From Octopus bimaculoides (Eukaryota), in assembly GCF_001194135.2 (NCBI RefSeq), contig NC_068983.1, forward strand, positions 4,632,397 through 4,684,782: 52,386 nucleotides of DNA, in the 5' to 3' direction. This document shows positions 12,375 through 24,600 of the stretch, in pieces. Within the stretch, counting starts at the first letter, position 1, and every line of letters starts with the position of its first letter. Under the pieces are notes generated by a model. That model made no database searches and was not told where the DNA came from. It saw only the letters and a program-made list of their open reading frames with translations. The position numbers were made by a program, and so were the translations under genes.

Positions 12375-13544
12375 TTAACTCTTATTAGTATTATCTCTGT
12401 TATGGACCTTATTTCACTCCTGTTTCTGCCCAATCCACTAGAAGCAATATATTTTGTCTTTGATCGTAATCTCTTACCATGTGTTTGATCTGAAAAGGTG
12501 TAAATTTCCTAGTTTCTTCTTCTCTCCATTATCTCATTTTGTAATTGCTTTTTTGTGAAATTACCTCTAATTTAGTCTTAGGTGATAAAAAAAAAATACC
12601 CACTTAATGACAGGTGTGTTGGAATTTAGAAAATAATGTCCCATTGGTAATGAAAAGCAATGTTGAGATATTTCACGTTGATTTAGAATAGAAACAGGCG
12701 CAGTCATTTAGAATCTACTTTGTAGGTTGAAACAGATTTATTTCATTACTATGTCCTGTATTTTACTAATTGTTCTGTTAATTGCTGCCAAAGTCTATCA
12801 TTTGTCTTTCACAATTCCTGCTGCTGCTCTCACCAATCAATATAAATTTTACTGCTTTTGTTTTGTTATTAAACTTGTATTTCATTTGTTTGTTTCCACC
12901 TCTTTTGCAAACAGTATTTTATAACTTATTTATTTAAAACTTCTGTCATGAAATAATACTCCCCCACATGAAATACTAAACAAATATATAATATCGGATC
13001 AAGAAATTGATATTTGCCAGTGTCCTGGCCACATAACCACTAGTGAAGTACTAAAACAGTACCAACTGGTAATATTGATATTGCAGATGATGATTTTTTT
13101 TTCAGTGGTCTTCAACCGGGGGCGATTATCTGTCCACTAATGTTTGATGCATTAAGTCAGTGGTTCTCAACCATTTCGTTGATCCTATGAACCCCCATGG
13201 TTCCAGTTTTACTTGGATGAACCCTTATAACCATTTGATGCTTAGAAAATCTTATTTTCATAATTAAATATTCTTAGGAATTGTACTAAACAAAAAAAAA
13301 ATTAATTTATGAGCAATAAATTAGTTCTACAATGTGCAAAATATTTTAACAAAATCTTTTGTGGACCTGAATTAGATGGATTGGACTGGAATGTTCTTTC
13401 TTGAAGCATTTATTTATCCTTTGGTGGATGCAGATTATAGATTTAGCTACTTCATTTCTTTCCCTGTTTTTCCCCATCTTTTTTTTTTGCTTTGCCACCC
13501 AATCCTCCTCCTCATCATCATTTAATGTCCATATAGTGTACATG

Positions 13545-13990
13545 CTGTGAAGTATGTGTGCACAAGCAGCATACTGGGATCACAAGGCAGGTTTGGCAGT
13601 GAATAAAAGATTTTAAATGTGGCAGATGTAGAGGAGTAGTGAGCAAAGCAGCAGTGAAATGTATTGTTTTCAATACTTGGAAGGATTTACTGGCGTAATT
13701 GATAGCTTCTGTTACCTAGGTAACTTCATCAGTAGTAGATGAGGGTGCTGTGAAAATATAGTAGCCAGAATGAAGAAAATTCAGGGAGCTGTTAGCTTTG
13801 CAAGCAGCTAGGGGATTCTCTCTTCAAGCAAAGGGCAGATTGTTTGTTGCTTGTGCGTGGAGTGCAGTCACTGCATGGTGGTAGAACATATGCACTGAGT
13901 GCAGGTGTGTAAAGGTTGAAGTGAAATGAAGCAAGTATTGTGTGTGTGTGAATGACATGGCAGAGATAAAGTGGGTATCGGAGGAAAAGA
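13545..13990 (+). pseudogene. degraded RTE LINE ORF2 fragment
   Basis: Pieces read as ...CGRC..., IDSFCYLGNFISS, KFRELL, GFSLQAKGRLF.ACAWSA: the RTE post-RT region, with stops and frameshifts. Confidence 0.6.
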
Positions 13991-15926
13991 TAGCTTCAAC
14001 TGAACACGCTACATGACCTCAAACCTGATAGAATTTGATTGTTATACATGTCATCATAAACCCATGCCGATCAAGGGAATTGAAACCTTATCAAGTCTCA
14101 TATTGTCTCAGTTAATTTAAATTGTTGTTAGTTTAAATGTTTATTGTCAACTGTTGAAACAACTGACTTAACTGTAGTAAAATTTGAGCTGGTTAATTTG
14201 AAGCTAAATTTAGAAGTGAAATTTCAATTTCTGTCACAACACAATTTACTTAAAACTGCTTGCTTCCTCTTTCTCTTGGTGTTTGCAAAGTCGGTGAAAC
14301 TAAGCAGCTTGTCTGAGTCATTGCTGTGGACAGATCAATGATTATAGTTATCTCTTTCCTGTGTTATGTCAATACCTCACCCAGCATACATGGCAACAGA
14401 CGGTCACTGTTTCTTCTGAAATGGCCAGTTTAAATCTATTTTCTCAGTTTGCCATAGATTTTATTACTGGCTTTCTTCTTTTACATATTTTTACTTTTTT
14501 TTTCTTTTTTGGGTGGTGTCTCATTTGCTATTATAAAAAACTTTTTGTTTATTATTACTGAATAATTACTTTTATTTTTTAACTTATTGTACTGGCCATG
14601 CTGGGGCCATGAAAGGGTTTGTGATCAAGTCAACTCCAGTATTTTTAAAGTCTGATTGTATTGATCTTATTTTGTCAAACCACTAAGTGCAGAATCATAA
14701 ACCAACCAATACCAGTTATCTACTGGTGAAACATCCATGCATAAACAGTCGTTCACATAGTTTTTTGACTACCAAATCAACCAACAAGGCATTTGTCAAC
14801 CAGGAGCTATAGTAGATATTGGCCCAAAGTGCCCCACAGTGGGGTCTGAATCTGAACTTGTGTTGTGGCAGATTGAACTAAGCACATGCATGCTTGCGCA
14901 TACACAGGATATTATTAGGAAACATCTTCAGATTCTCAATGCATTAACCTTTTCGTTACTGTATTTCTTTTGAGATGCTCTGTTTCTTTCAATTACTTTG
15001 GCACATGAAAAACAACATTCGGGCGTGGTCATTGCCAGTGCCACTGGACTGGCTCCCGTGCAGGTAGCACATAAAAAAAACCTTTTGAGCGTGGTCATTG
15101 CCAGAACCACCTGTGGCTTAATGAATACGAGCATTACACTCTTTTAAGGAATAATGGCACCTTGTTTCTGTCCAGTTTGAGATGAATAACGAATAAGATG
15201 TTGAAATTTTGAGATTTCAATGATATGATTCTATATCTTTAGAATGACATTGCAGAGCAGGTGTAAGAGGCCATATCTTGACAGTTTGAACATAAAACGG
15301 GTAGAATATCTGGGCCATATATGGCCTGTTTAAATGCTAAAGGGTTAAACACACCAACACCAATTGTCAAGCAGTGTTGCGACACACACACACACACACG
15401 ATAGGCTTCTTTCAGTTTCTGCCAACCAAATCCACTCACAAGGCTTTGGTCAGCCCAAGACTCTAGTAGAAGATACTTGTTGAACCTGGAACCATATGGT
15501 TGGGAAGCTAACTTCTTACCACACAGCCACAATTTTCTAAGACCTAATTTCTTTTCTTATTAAATTCCAATATTCCATTCTCTTTGATTCTATAGATGAG
15601 TGGTTCTCATTTATGTCTGCTGACAAGTGTCTAACAGTAGTTGCTTTCATTGTTCTCTTAAATACCAGACTGTAAATACCCTTAGGGTATTTTTTCCAGA
15701 GAGGATTGAATAAAATGTCTTGAATCTGTTCTGAGTTCAAATCCCAAAGAGGTCAGCTTGGCCTTTCGTTGTTTTGGGGATCAATAAACAAACCACTAGT
15801 CCTGTACTGGGGTCAGTTCATCCTCATCTCTCCTATTAGTATTTCAAGGGTCCAGACTTGTCTCATAGTGCCACCCTGATTCAACTGGAGAATTAAGGGT
15901 ACGTGTTTCTATGGAACACTTGACTA

Positions 15927-16138
15927 CAGTAATCTCTCGCCATATCGCAGTGCCCCTATCATGGCTTATTATTTGAGCTTACGTCGATTCCTTTGTGGTG
16001 GCATTTTGCATTTATAATTAGATATACACAAATTATAAAACTATTAAAAACAAATACACAGTGCTGTTTCTACTTTGGATTATCGTCTATCGCAAGGGGT
16101 TTTGGAACATAACACCTGCGATAGTTGGGGGTTTACTG
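15927..16138. mobile_element. pogo/Tigger-like MITE, copy 2
   Basis: TA-CAGTAA...TTACTG-TA; collinear with 10227-10430. Confidence 0.75.
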
Positions 16139-16833
16139 TACTTAGACATTAATTTCACAATTAACAGTCCAGTTAATCTAACACCTGAATGTTCATTGTC
16201 GAGACCAACAAGTAGGGAGGTGCGAGGAAGAGACACTTCTACCAACTGGACATTCTGCACCACACCGTTTATATATTGTCTACCGATTCCATTAAGTTAC
16301 ATACCACTGTATTGTTAACCATTAAGCATTGAAATTATTCTGTCAAATGTAATGCTTATTCAATGAATATTGTCTTAGGATTCTGTGACTTCGTAATTTT
16401 CGAACGACATTGTAGGGTTGGTGCGAGAGGTCAGATCCTGCCAGTTTGAACATTAAAACAGGTAGAATATCTGAGTCACATATGGCCAGTTTAATTACTA
16501 AAAGGTTAAACATGACCCAGCTTTCAGATATTTTGGTCCAGTCTTTCCCACTTAAATATTTTCTAAAAGTTTCATTTTTGCCAGTCTGTAGATTGTTTAA
16601 AAAAAAAAAATACAACTTGGCATTGATACTAATTCCTACTCGGTATTTCAAGCACAAAATGGATATTGTCCCTAGTTCTAGGAGACAAACCTCTTGTTTT
16701 AACCCTTTTTCTACTACATTTCTGTTGCTGCCCTTGTTTCATAATTTTTAAAATGATGATGAATATAGTAAAATAACTTTACCATTATTAAAATGGTACT
16801 TGTAACTTAAAGGAACATGGAATCTTAATTGAA

Positions 16834-17076
16834 ATCATCATCATCGTTTAACGTCCGTTTTCCCTGCTGGCATGGATTGGATGGTTTGAATGAGGTCTAG
16901 CAAGCCAGAGGGCTGCACCAGGCTCCATTCTGATCTGGCAAAATTTCTACAGCTGGATGCCCTTCTTAATGCTAACCACTCTGAGAGTGTAGTGAGTGCT
17001 TTCTACATGCCACCGGCACGGGAGCCAGTCAAGGGACACTGGTATCGACCACGTTTGGATGATGCATTTTACATAC
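16834..17076 (-). mobile_element. RTE LINE 3'-tail repeat (representative; further copies near 165, 3620, 3870, 5150, 8760, 10440, 23420, 24163, 25340, 26560, 30150, 32045, 36480, 39091, 40320, 50540, 51940, both orientations)
   Basis: Shared ...TTTCTACAGCTGGATGCCCTTC(C/T)TAA... core and (CAT)n/(ATG)n tail. Confidence 0.8.
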
Positions 17077-17327
17077 GACCGGAATGGGAAAAGTTTTTAG
17101 ATAATTTTAAACACAATTTGTATCAGCAAACTAGAGGCAGTTTCTGGCAGGTTGGTATCAAAAAAGTGGCCTAAATTAAAATCTATCAATTTCTTGTTAA
17201 TTTATGTTCCAAACACCAGCAACAGAGTATTTGAAAAGAAATATGGCAATAAAAGGTTAAATGCTATATTTATTCCTAAATTTGAAATTTTGGGAAATCT
17301 CTACAATACACTAAAAAAAGAAAGAGA

Positions 17328-17365
<38 letters not shown>

Positions 17366-18239
17366 TAGTATCTGCATTCTTGTTTTATATTTTCTTGCCC
17401 CGTAGTAAATAATAAATGACCTATGTTCAGTGAACCAGTTGTTGCTGTTGATGTGGCAAGTTGTTTCTAGGTTTCATTGATTTTTGTGTTTGTTTATCCG
17501 CTGTGACCTTTTTAGTGAAAGGAACTACAGGTTGATTGAATGTTACAAAGGTAATAAACTCTAATTAATAATATTTTACTGTGTTTCTCTTCTTGAAACA
17601 ATGCATGTTAATTACATTTGTTAAAAAATTTGATTTATGGTGAATTTGAAGGACAAATCATTAGAAAGACCAGTCCCTGGAAATTGGCCAATTTATTGAT
17701 ATATTTTTTTAATCAAGTGTGGCTGTGTAGTCAAGACATCTGCTTCCAACCATATGGTTTCAGGTTCAGTCTCGTTGCATGGCACCTTGGGCAAGTGTCT
17801 TTTACTATAATCTGGGTTAACCACAGACTTGTGAGTGGAAACTGAATGATTTGTGTGTTTGTGACTCCTTGTCTTGATGTTTGATAATGGTAAATGAGTG
17901 TCATTGTCATATAAATAGTGTCCCAATATTCTTCAAAGACCCGTCTGACCAAAAGGAAATATTACTTTACTTGGAAAGTGAGGCTTGGTGTCAGGACATT
18001 TGGCCCAAAGAAGATTTGCTTCAAACTCCATCTGACTCCTACAAGAACAGAAAAGTAGACATTAAAAGATAAAAAAAAAAGAAAAAAATACAACGTAATC
18101 CTAAGTACTGTTAGTGAAGAAAAAGAGACCAAGCTATAGAATCGTAAAATACGAAGGCCATTTGGTGGTTTAGTCCTAAAACAGTAACAGCAAACACCAC
18201 CCATTGTTCATCTAGTGACTTTTTTTAATGACAAATGTA

Positions 18240-18285
<46 letters not shown>

Positions 18286-18686
18286 NNNNNNNNNNNNNNN
18301 NNNNNNNNNNNNNNNNNNNNNNNNNNNNNNNNNNNNNNNNNNNNNNNNNNNNNNNNNNNNNNNNNNNNNNNNNNNNNNNNNNNNNNNNNNNNNNNNNNNN
18401 NNNNNNNNNNNNNNNNNNNNNNNNNNNNNNNNNNNNNNNNNNNNNNNNNNNNNNNNNNNNNNNNNNNNNNNNNNNNNNNNNNNNNNNNNNNNNNNNNNNN
18501 NNNNNNNNNNNNNNNNNNNNNNNNNNNNNNNNNNNNNNNNNNNNNNNNNNNNNNNNNNNNNNNNNNNNNNNNNNNNNNNNNNNNNNNNNNNNNNNNNNNN
18601 NNNNNNNNNNNNNNNNNNNNNNNNNNNNNNNNNNNNNNNNNNNNNNNNNNNNNNNNNNNNNNNNNNNNNNNNNNNNNNNNNNNNNN
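18286..18686. other. assembly gap (other gaps: 19008-19017, 35301-35321, 46030-46057, 49467-50237)
   Basis: N runs, mostly abutting (TA)n or poly-C tracts. Confidence 0.99.
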
Positions 18687-19284
18687 GGGGAGTTAGGTGG
18701 CCAGATGTTAGGGGTGATGTGGTCGCAGAAATTGTCTGACAACCATGACTGGGTTCTCCTGCTTGTGTGGCATGGTGTGGCAGGGTGCAGAGTCCTGCTG
18801 CCAGACATAGGGTCTTCCAGCAGCCACCCTCTTGACCCAGAGCAGTACTACCTCCTCCAGGCACTTGATGTAGTTCTCCATATTGAGTCTGAGGCCATGT
18901 TGGAAGATGAATGGAGGCATAACATCGCCATCACTAGTGATCACTCCAAACACCATGATGTTGACTGGATGTTTGATTTTTATCAGTCTCAGTACGTGTC
19001 CTCAGATNNNNNNNNNNATCACTCCAAACACCATGATGTTGACTGGATGTTTGATTTTTATCAGTCTCAGTACGTGTCCTCAGATTGACACCCAAACACT
19101 CTGAAATGTTCGTATTGGAGCTGCTGGCACAAATGCCAAACAGTACAGCATGTCATTTCCAAATTCCTGGCAAAGTGAATTGTGTCATGGTGCTGTTTTT
19201 CTCACAGACAGTGCCCAACTAGCCCTACTATACTGCTTATGCGCAAAATATAAAATGGCAACAATTTACCTATCGCACCTTGTG
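18687..19284 (-). mobile_element. Tc1/mariner (maT-like) element, internally deleted, with DDE-domain fragment
   Basis: Minus frames MVFGVITSDGDVMPPFIF...PYVWQQDSAPCH and SRRTQSWLSDNFCDHITPNIWPPNS (motifs of the second and third catalytic Asp regions); TIR-like end near 19255-19284; runs into the gap. Confidence 0.85.
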
Positions 19285-19290
19285 TATATA

Positions 19291-19361
<71 letters not shown>

Positions 19362-19982
19362 TTATTTATTCAGCTGTTATTTCTTGGTGGAAGTTGTTTT
19401 GTTTTTGTCACAACTGTTATTGTGGAGTGAGAATGCACAATGTGAGGTTCAGTGACTAAAAGCTATGTCACCCTTTCCTCTCTCTCTCTCTCTGTGCTGG
19501 TTCTCTTCCACTGGTGATTGCATTTGAAATACACTGCTTTTATATAAATTAATTTTAAATGAAAAAGATAATGAATTTGTTGAAATAATTATTAAGCTGG
19601 TGTTTGTCCGACCCCTGCTATACTCTTTCGCCCCAACTTTCTCTCTCTCTTTCTTCCTGTTTCTTGAGTAAAGCTGCGATGGACTGGCATTCTGTCCAGC
19701 TGACGGAAATACATACGCCATAGAAACCGGGAAACTGGGCCCATGAGCCTGGCTAGGCTTTAAAAGGGCGCATAAATAAAATATATATATATATATTTTT
19801 CTTTTGTTTCAGTCATTTGACTGTGGCCATGCTGGAGCACGTCTGTAGTCGGACAATTCGACCCCAGGACTTATTCTTTGTAAGCCTAATACTTACTCTA
19901 TTGGTCTCTTTTGCCGAACTGCAATGTGATGAAGATGTAAATGCACCAGCATTGGTTGTCAAGCAATGGTGGGGGAACCGGG

Positions 19983-20151
19983 ACACACACATATACACGA
20001 CGGGCTTCTTTCAGTTTCCATCTACCAAATCCGCTCACAAGGCTTTGGTCGGCCCAGGGCTATAGTAGATGACACTTGCCCAAGGTGCCACACAGTGGGA
20101 CTGAACCCGGAACCATGTGGTTGGTAAGCAAGCTACTTACCACACAGCCAC
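19983..20151 (-). mobile_element. tRNA-derived SINE with CORE-like CCTTGGGCAAGT body (about a dozen copies in the window)
   Basis: A-box TGGCTGTGTGG, B-box-like GGGTTCAGTCC, tail GGAAACTGAAAGAAGCCCGTCG plus (TG)n. Confidence 0.8.
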
Positions 20152-20555
20152 TGCTACACCTGTATATATATTTTATTTATTAGTGTGTGTTTGTCTTCCA
20201 TCACTGCTTTGCAAGTGGTGTTGGTTTGTTTACATTCCTATAATCTAACAATTTGACAAAAGACTGAGAGAATAAGTCCCAGGCTTTAAGAATTAAGTCC
20301 TGGGATTGATTTATTTGGCTAAAACTTCTTCAAGGCTGTGCTCCAGTTTGGCCACAGTCTAATGACAAACTTTTCCTTGTTAACATTTAATGAATGGACT
20401 GTCTTCCATAAGATGGTCATTCAGTTTCTGTGAACCACAGCTGCAGGTTTGCAATGGTCCTGATTTGTCCCATTTGGTCATCCACAGTATTCTACATTCT
20501 ATTGTAGCTTTACATTTTAACTGTTTCTTTGAAGGCCACCAATATAATTGAACTG

Positions 20556-20788
20556 AAGGCAGCGAGCTGGCAGAAACGTTAGCACGCCAGGTGAAACGCC
20601 TAGCAGTATTTCGTCTGCAGTTACGTTCTGAGTTCAAATTCTGCCGAGGTCCACTTTGCCTCTCATCCTTTCAGGGTCGATTAAATAAGTACCAGTTAAT
20701 CATTGGGGTCAATGTAATCAACTTAATCCCCTTGTCTGTCCTTGTTTGTCCCCTTTATGTTTAGCTCCCTGTGGGCAATAAAGAAAGA
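20556..20788 (+). mobile_element. tRNA-related SINE with 15-bp TSD
   Basis: AATATAATTGAACTG at 20541-20555 and 20789-20803; GAGTTCAAATTC B-box; related copies at 21446-21662 (-) and about 34210-34430 (+). Confidence 0.85.
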
Positions 20789-21445
20789 AATATAATTGAA
20801 CTGTTCATTATGGGATGTATTGATGGAGATGATGAGGTTGGGGTCAGAGGATTTACTCCGTTGGATCCTCCCTCAGTAGATGATAGTGAGTTTTTAGTAG
20901 TAGTAGCTGTAGCATCATTGAGTGGAATGAGCAAAGAACACCAAACTGTACATTTTACTTCTCCTCACAGCAATTGAATCTGACATTCCTACATTCCAGA
21001 AACTCTCTTCAGGTTATTGACCAGCTTGGTTGCTATTAATTGGTTGTCTCGCTGTTGTCTGTCCATTGACGAGGAGAGAAGGGGCAGGGGACAGCTGTTT
21101 TGACAGACTGGTTGATTTGTGTTTTTCTGACTCGAGCGGCTTCGACTTTTTGTTTTTAATTTATTATATAGCATCTTGGAGTAAATTCATTGGAAATCAC
21201 AAGGAAGGAATGGTTTTTGTACTGGTCTGAAGAGTTTTGGCCTTTCACCAATATTCTCTTATAAGAAGGGTCCTATTTGTTTTATTCAAAATATTACAGT
21301 TGTTTTACTGAATACTTGAATGTCTTTGAAAGGTTCATCAGCCCTTAAGGGGTTTTTATATTTTCTTTCAGGAGTTGTTAACAGATCTTTTTATTTTATA
21401 ATAAAATTCCACATTACTTATGGTTATAGATAGGTATATATATAT

Positions 21446-21662
21446 ATTTCTTTATTACCTACGAGAGGCTAAACATAGAGGGGACAAACAAAGGTACTAA
21501 GTGGATTACATCGACCCCAGTGCGTAACTGGTACTTATTTAATCGACCCCGAAAGGATGAAAGGCAAAGTTGGCCTTGGTGGAATTTGAACTCAGAACAT
21601 AACAGCAGATGAAATACCACTAAGCACTTTGCCCGGCAGGCTAACGATTCTACCAGCTCGCC
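21446..21662 (-). mobile_element. same SINE family as 20556-20788, inverted
   Basis: Reverse complement aligns along head, body and tail. Confidence 0.8.
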
Positions 21663-24600
21663 ACTCTAAACTATATATGTAGCATAGGTACATAGCTATA
21701 TCACGTGATCAACCAGACTCAGATGTTACACCTTGCTGGTCACAATGTGCTTCTTATTGTTTTGGCTTTCAAGTGATGCCATCCCTGGCTAGGCAAGCAG
21801 GCCGACATTTCCCCTGATCAGAAGGTTATTATTCTGTTACAGGGGTGACCCATTTACAGCTGAGTGGACTGGAGCAACATGAAATGAAGTGCTTTCTCAA
21901 GAACACAATGTGTCGCTTGGCCCAGGAATCAAAACCCATAATCATTACATCATGAATGGAATGCCCTAACCACTAGAACGGATGCCTTTATGTATAATTA
22001 TATAGCATAGATTAATTAAGCCTCCAAAATTGGATATATATATATAAAAGGTTTCTTTCTTTTCTTTTCTTTATTTTTGTTTGCCAATCTATTCTGGCAA
22101 AGACAGGTTTCAAAGATATTTGTGCTTATTTTAGTTGGTTTCATTGTGAAATAGACTTGCATCAACCCTTACAAAATATATTCTGTCTAAAATTTACATT
22201 CAATTTTGAACAGGTTGCATTTTTAGATTTCAAATTTAATTTTGTGTGCGTGTGCGTGTGTGTGTGTGTGTGTGTTTTTTATAGATGTTATCCATGATGA
22301 TGTATGGAGTTAGCGAGGCATTTTCTGATGCTATATAATTTTTATATTGCTTATTGGAAGCTTTCCAGTGAGGTGTCTCTTGGACATTTTTTCTATATGT
22401 AATATATGTATGTGTGTGTGTGTTCAGAAATATCAGTTACTAAATATAAATAGCATGATCAGATTCTTGGCTAATTATAATATTTTGTTATTGATCTATT
22501 TCATTTTGCAATTATTTGCTGTAGACTAGTTTAGCAAGTTTCAGTGCATCTCTCAATATTCACAATATTAACTAGGAAACGAGTAGATGAGTTCCAAGCA
22601 TGTAGCAAGTTCCCAATTTTTGCTGTCAGAACTTTGAATCTTGGCATTTGAAAAGACATTTTTACCTTTTGTCAGTGTGAAAGAAAAAGATAATCTGGCT
22701 CAATGAACTCCATCTCTGACACATACAAGCATGGAAAAGTGGACGTTAAAACAATGCTTCTGTGAGTTAATTTAATGTCCACATTTCGTTACTATGCTTG
22801 TATGGGTCGGTGGGAGTTTGTTGAGGCAGATTTTCTACAGCTAGCTTCAGCTTCTGTCTTCCAAACCCACTTGCAAGTTTTTTTTTTTTTTTTTTTTGTC
22901 AGCCCTTGACTGTAGTAGAAAATACTTGTCCACAAGGGAACTGAACCTGGAACTATGTAAATGGGAAGCAAACTTCTTACTCATACAGCCACCCCTACAT
23001 GTGCTCGGATGTGCGTGCGCACACACAGTTGTGTGTCAGTGTAAAGGCAGACTGCTTTGTTTAGTCTGCAACAGTTTGAAGCTTTCTTTTTTTTTTTCAT
23101 TCTGGTTGTTTTTCTCTGAATTTTTTAATAGAAATACCAGCCTGAGTGATCTAGAACCATAAAAAAAAATGGTTTGTGTTCGTTCAGTATTTGTGTGTGT
23201 GTGTCTGTATGTGGTCATTGGTGGAGAGAATGTGATGTTGTGGCTTTCAGTTGCTTTACTAGTTAGATATTCGTGTCAGTGCTAAAATTGCTTTCTTGTT
23301 CCAAAACCAAACAGTTCTTTGTATTAATAATCCCTGGTATCTGTGAGCCTTTTGTAACCAAATTTCTATTGAAATATTCATTTTAATTTTGAAAACATTG
23401 AAGAATTTAGTAAAATATCTTTGTCACTGGTGCTGGTGCCACGTAAAAAACATCCAGTACACTCTAAAGTGGTTGGCAATAGGAAGGGTGCCAAAAGACT
23501 CTTGAACCTGGTACGACTTCCAGTCTTGCCAGCTCCTATCAAACTGTCCAACCCATGCCAGCATTGGAAAACGGGCATTAAATGATTTTGATGAATTAAC
23601 ATGAAATTTTGGAAGGTTTTTCGATCACTTTAAAATTGGGAAGTTTGTATCACAACGAAGGGTGGCCTTGGGTGGGTTTATAAGGTTAGATGTGATTTTT
23701 TATAAGGGTTAGTCTGGTGCTTATTTTATTGGTCTCTTTGCTAAGAGAAATGTCCGCAATTTTATATTGTTTCTAATGTAGACACAAGGCCTGGAATTTG
23801 CAAGGGCCAGGAATAGTTCACTGTTACTTTGTTGACCCTGGAAGGGTGAATGGTAATGTTAACTTCGGCAGGATCTGAACTCAGAATGTAAAGGGCTGGA
23901 ACAAATACTACTGTAAGGTAATTTGTCCGACACTCTTAACAATTTTGCCTCTCCACTTACTGGACAACCATTGATGTAACTGTAAATAGGTGTAGGCGTG
24001 ACTGTGTGGCAAGAAGATTGCTTCCCAACAGCATGGTCCTGGGTTCAATCCCACAGCATGCCACTTGGAGAAACTGTTTTCTACTATAGACTCAGGTCGA
24101 CCAAAGCCATGTTAGCAGATTTGGTAGACAGAAACTGAAAGAAGCCTCTGTGTGTATATAATCATCATTTAACGTCCATTGTCCATGCTGGCATGGGTTG
24201 GATGGTTTGACCAGTACTGGTAATCTGGAAGGCTGCACCAGACTCCAGTCTGATTTGACAAGGTTTCTACAGCTGGATGCCCTTCCTAACGCTAACCACT
24301 CTAAGAGTGTAATGGGTGCTTTTATGTGCCACCAGCACGGGTGCCATTTGCATGATACTGGCATCCACCACAACTGTGATTTTGCTCAGCTTGATATATA
24401 TATATAAAGTGTGTTTTTGTGTCTGTTTGTCCCCAAACTCTGCTTGAAAACTGGTGTGGGTGTGTTTATGTCTCTGTAACTTAGTGGTTTGTCAAAAGAG
24501 ACTAATAGAATAAGTACTAGACTTTAAAAAATAAGTACTTGGGTCAATTTATTCGACTAAATTTCTTCAAGGCCATGCCCCAACATGGCCACAATCTAGT

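Noticed and set aside
13701-13738. Minus-strand CTGATGA-A-GTTAC-ctag-GTAAC-A-GAAG hammerhead look-alike
   Set aside because: GAAG instead of GAAA, an extra base, no stem I, and it is the reverse of RTE coding sequence (SFCYLGNFISS); coincidence.
18940-19085. 68-bp exact direct repeat
   Set aside because: The copies flank a 10-N gap; typical unmerged contig overlap.
18208-19088. Long ORFs in the track at about 18.2-19.1 kb
   Set aside because: Length comes from N runs and (TA)n; only the mariner fragment after 18687 is real coding relic.
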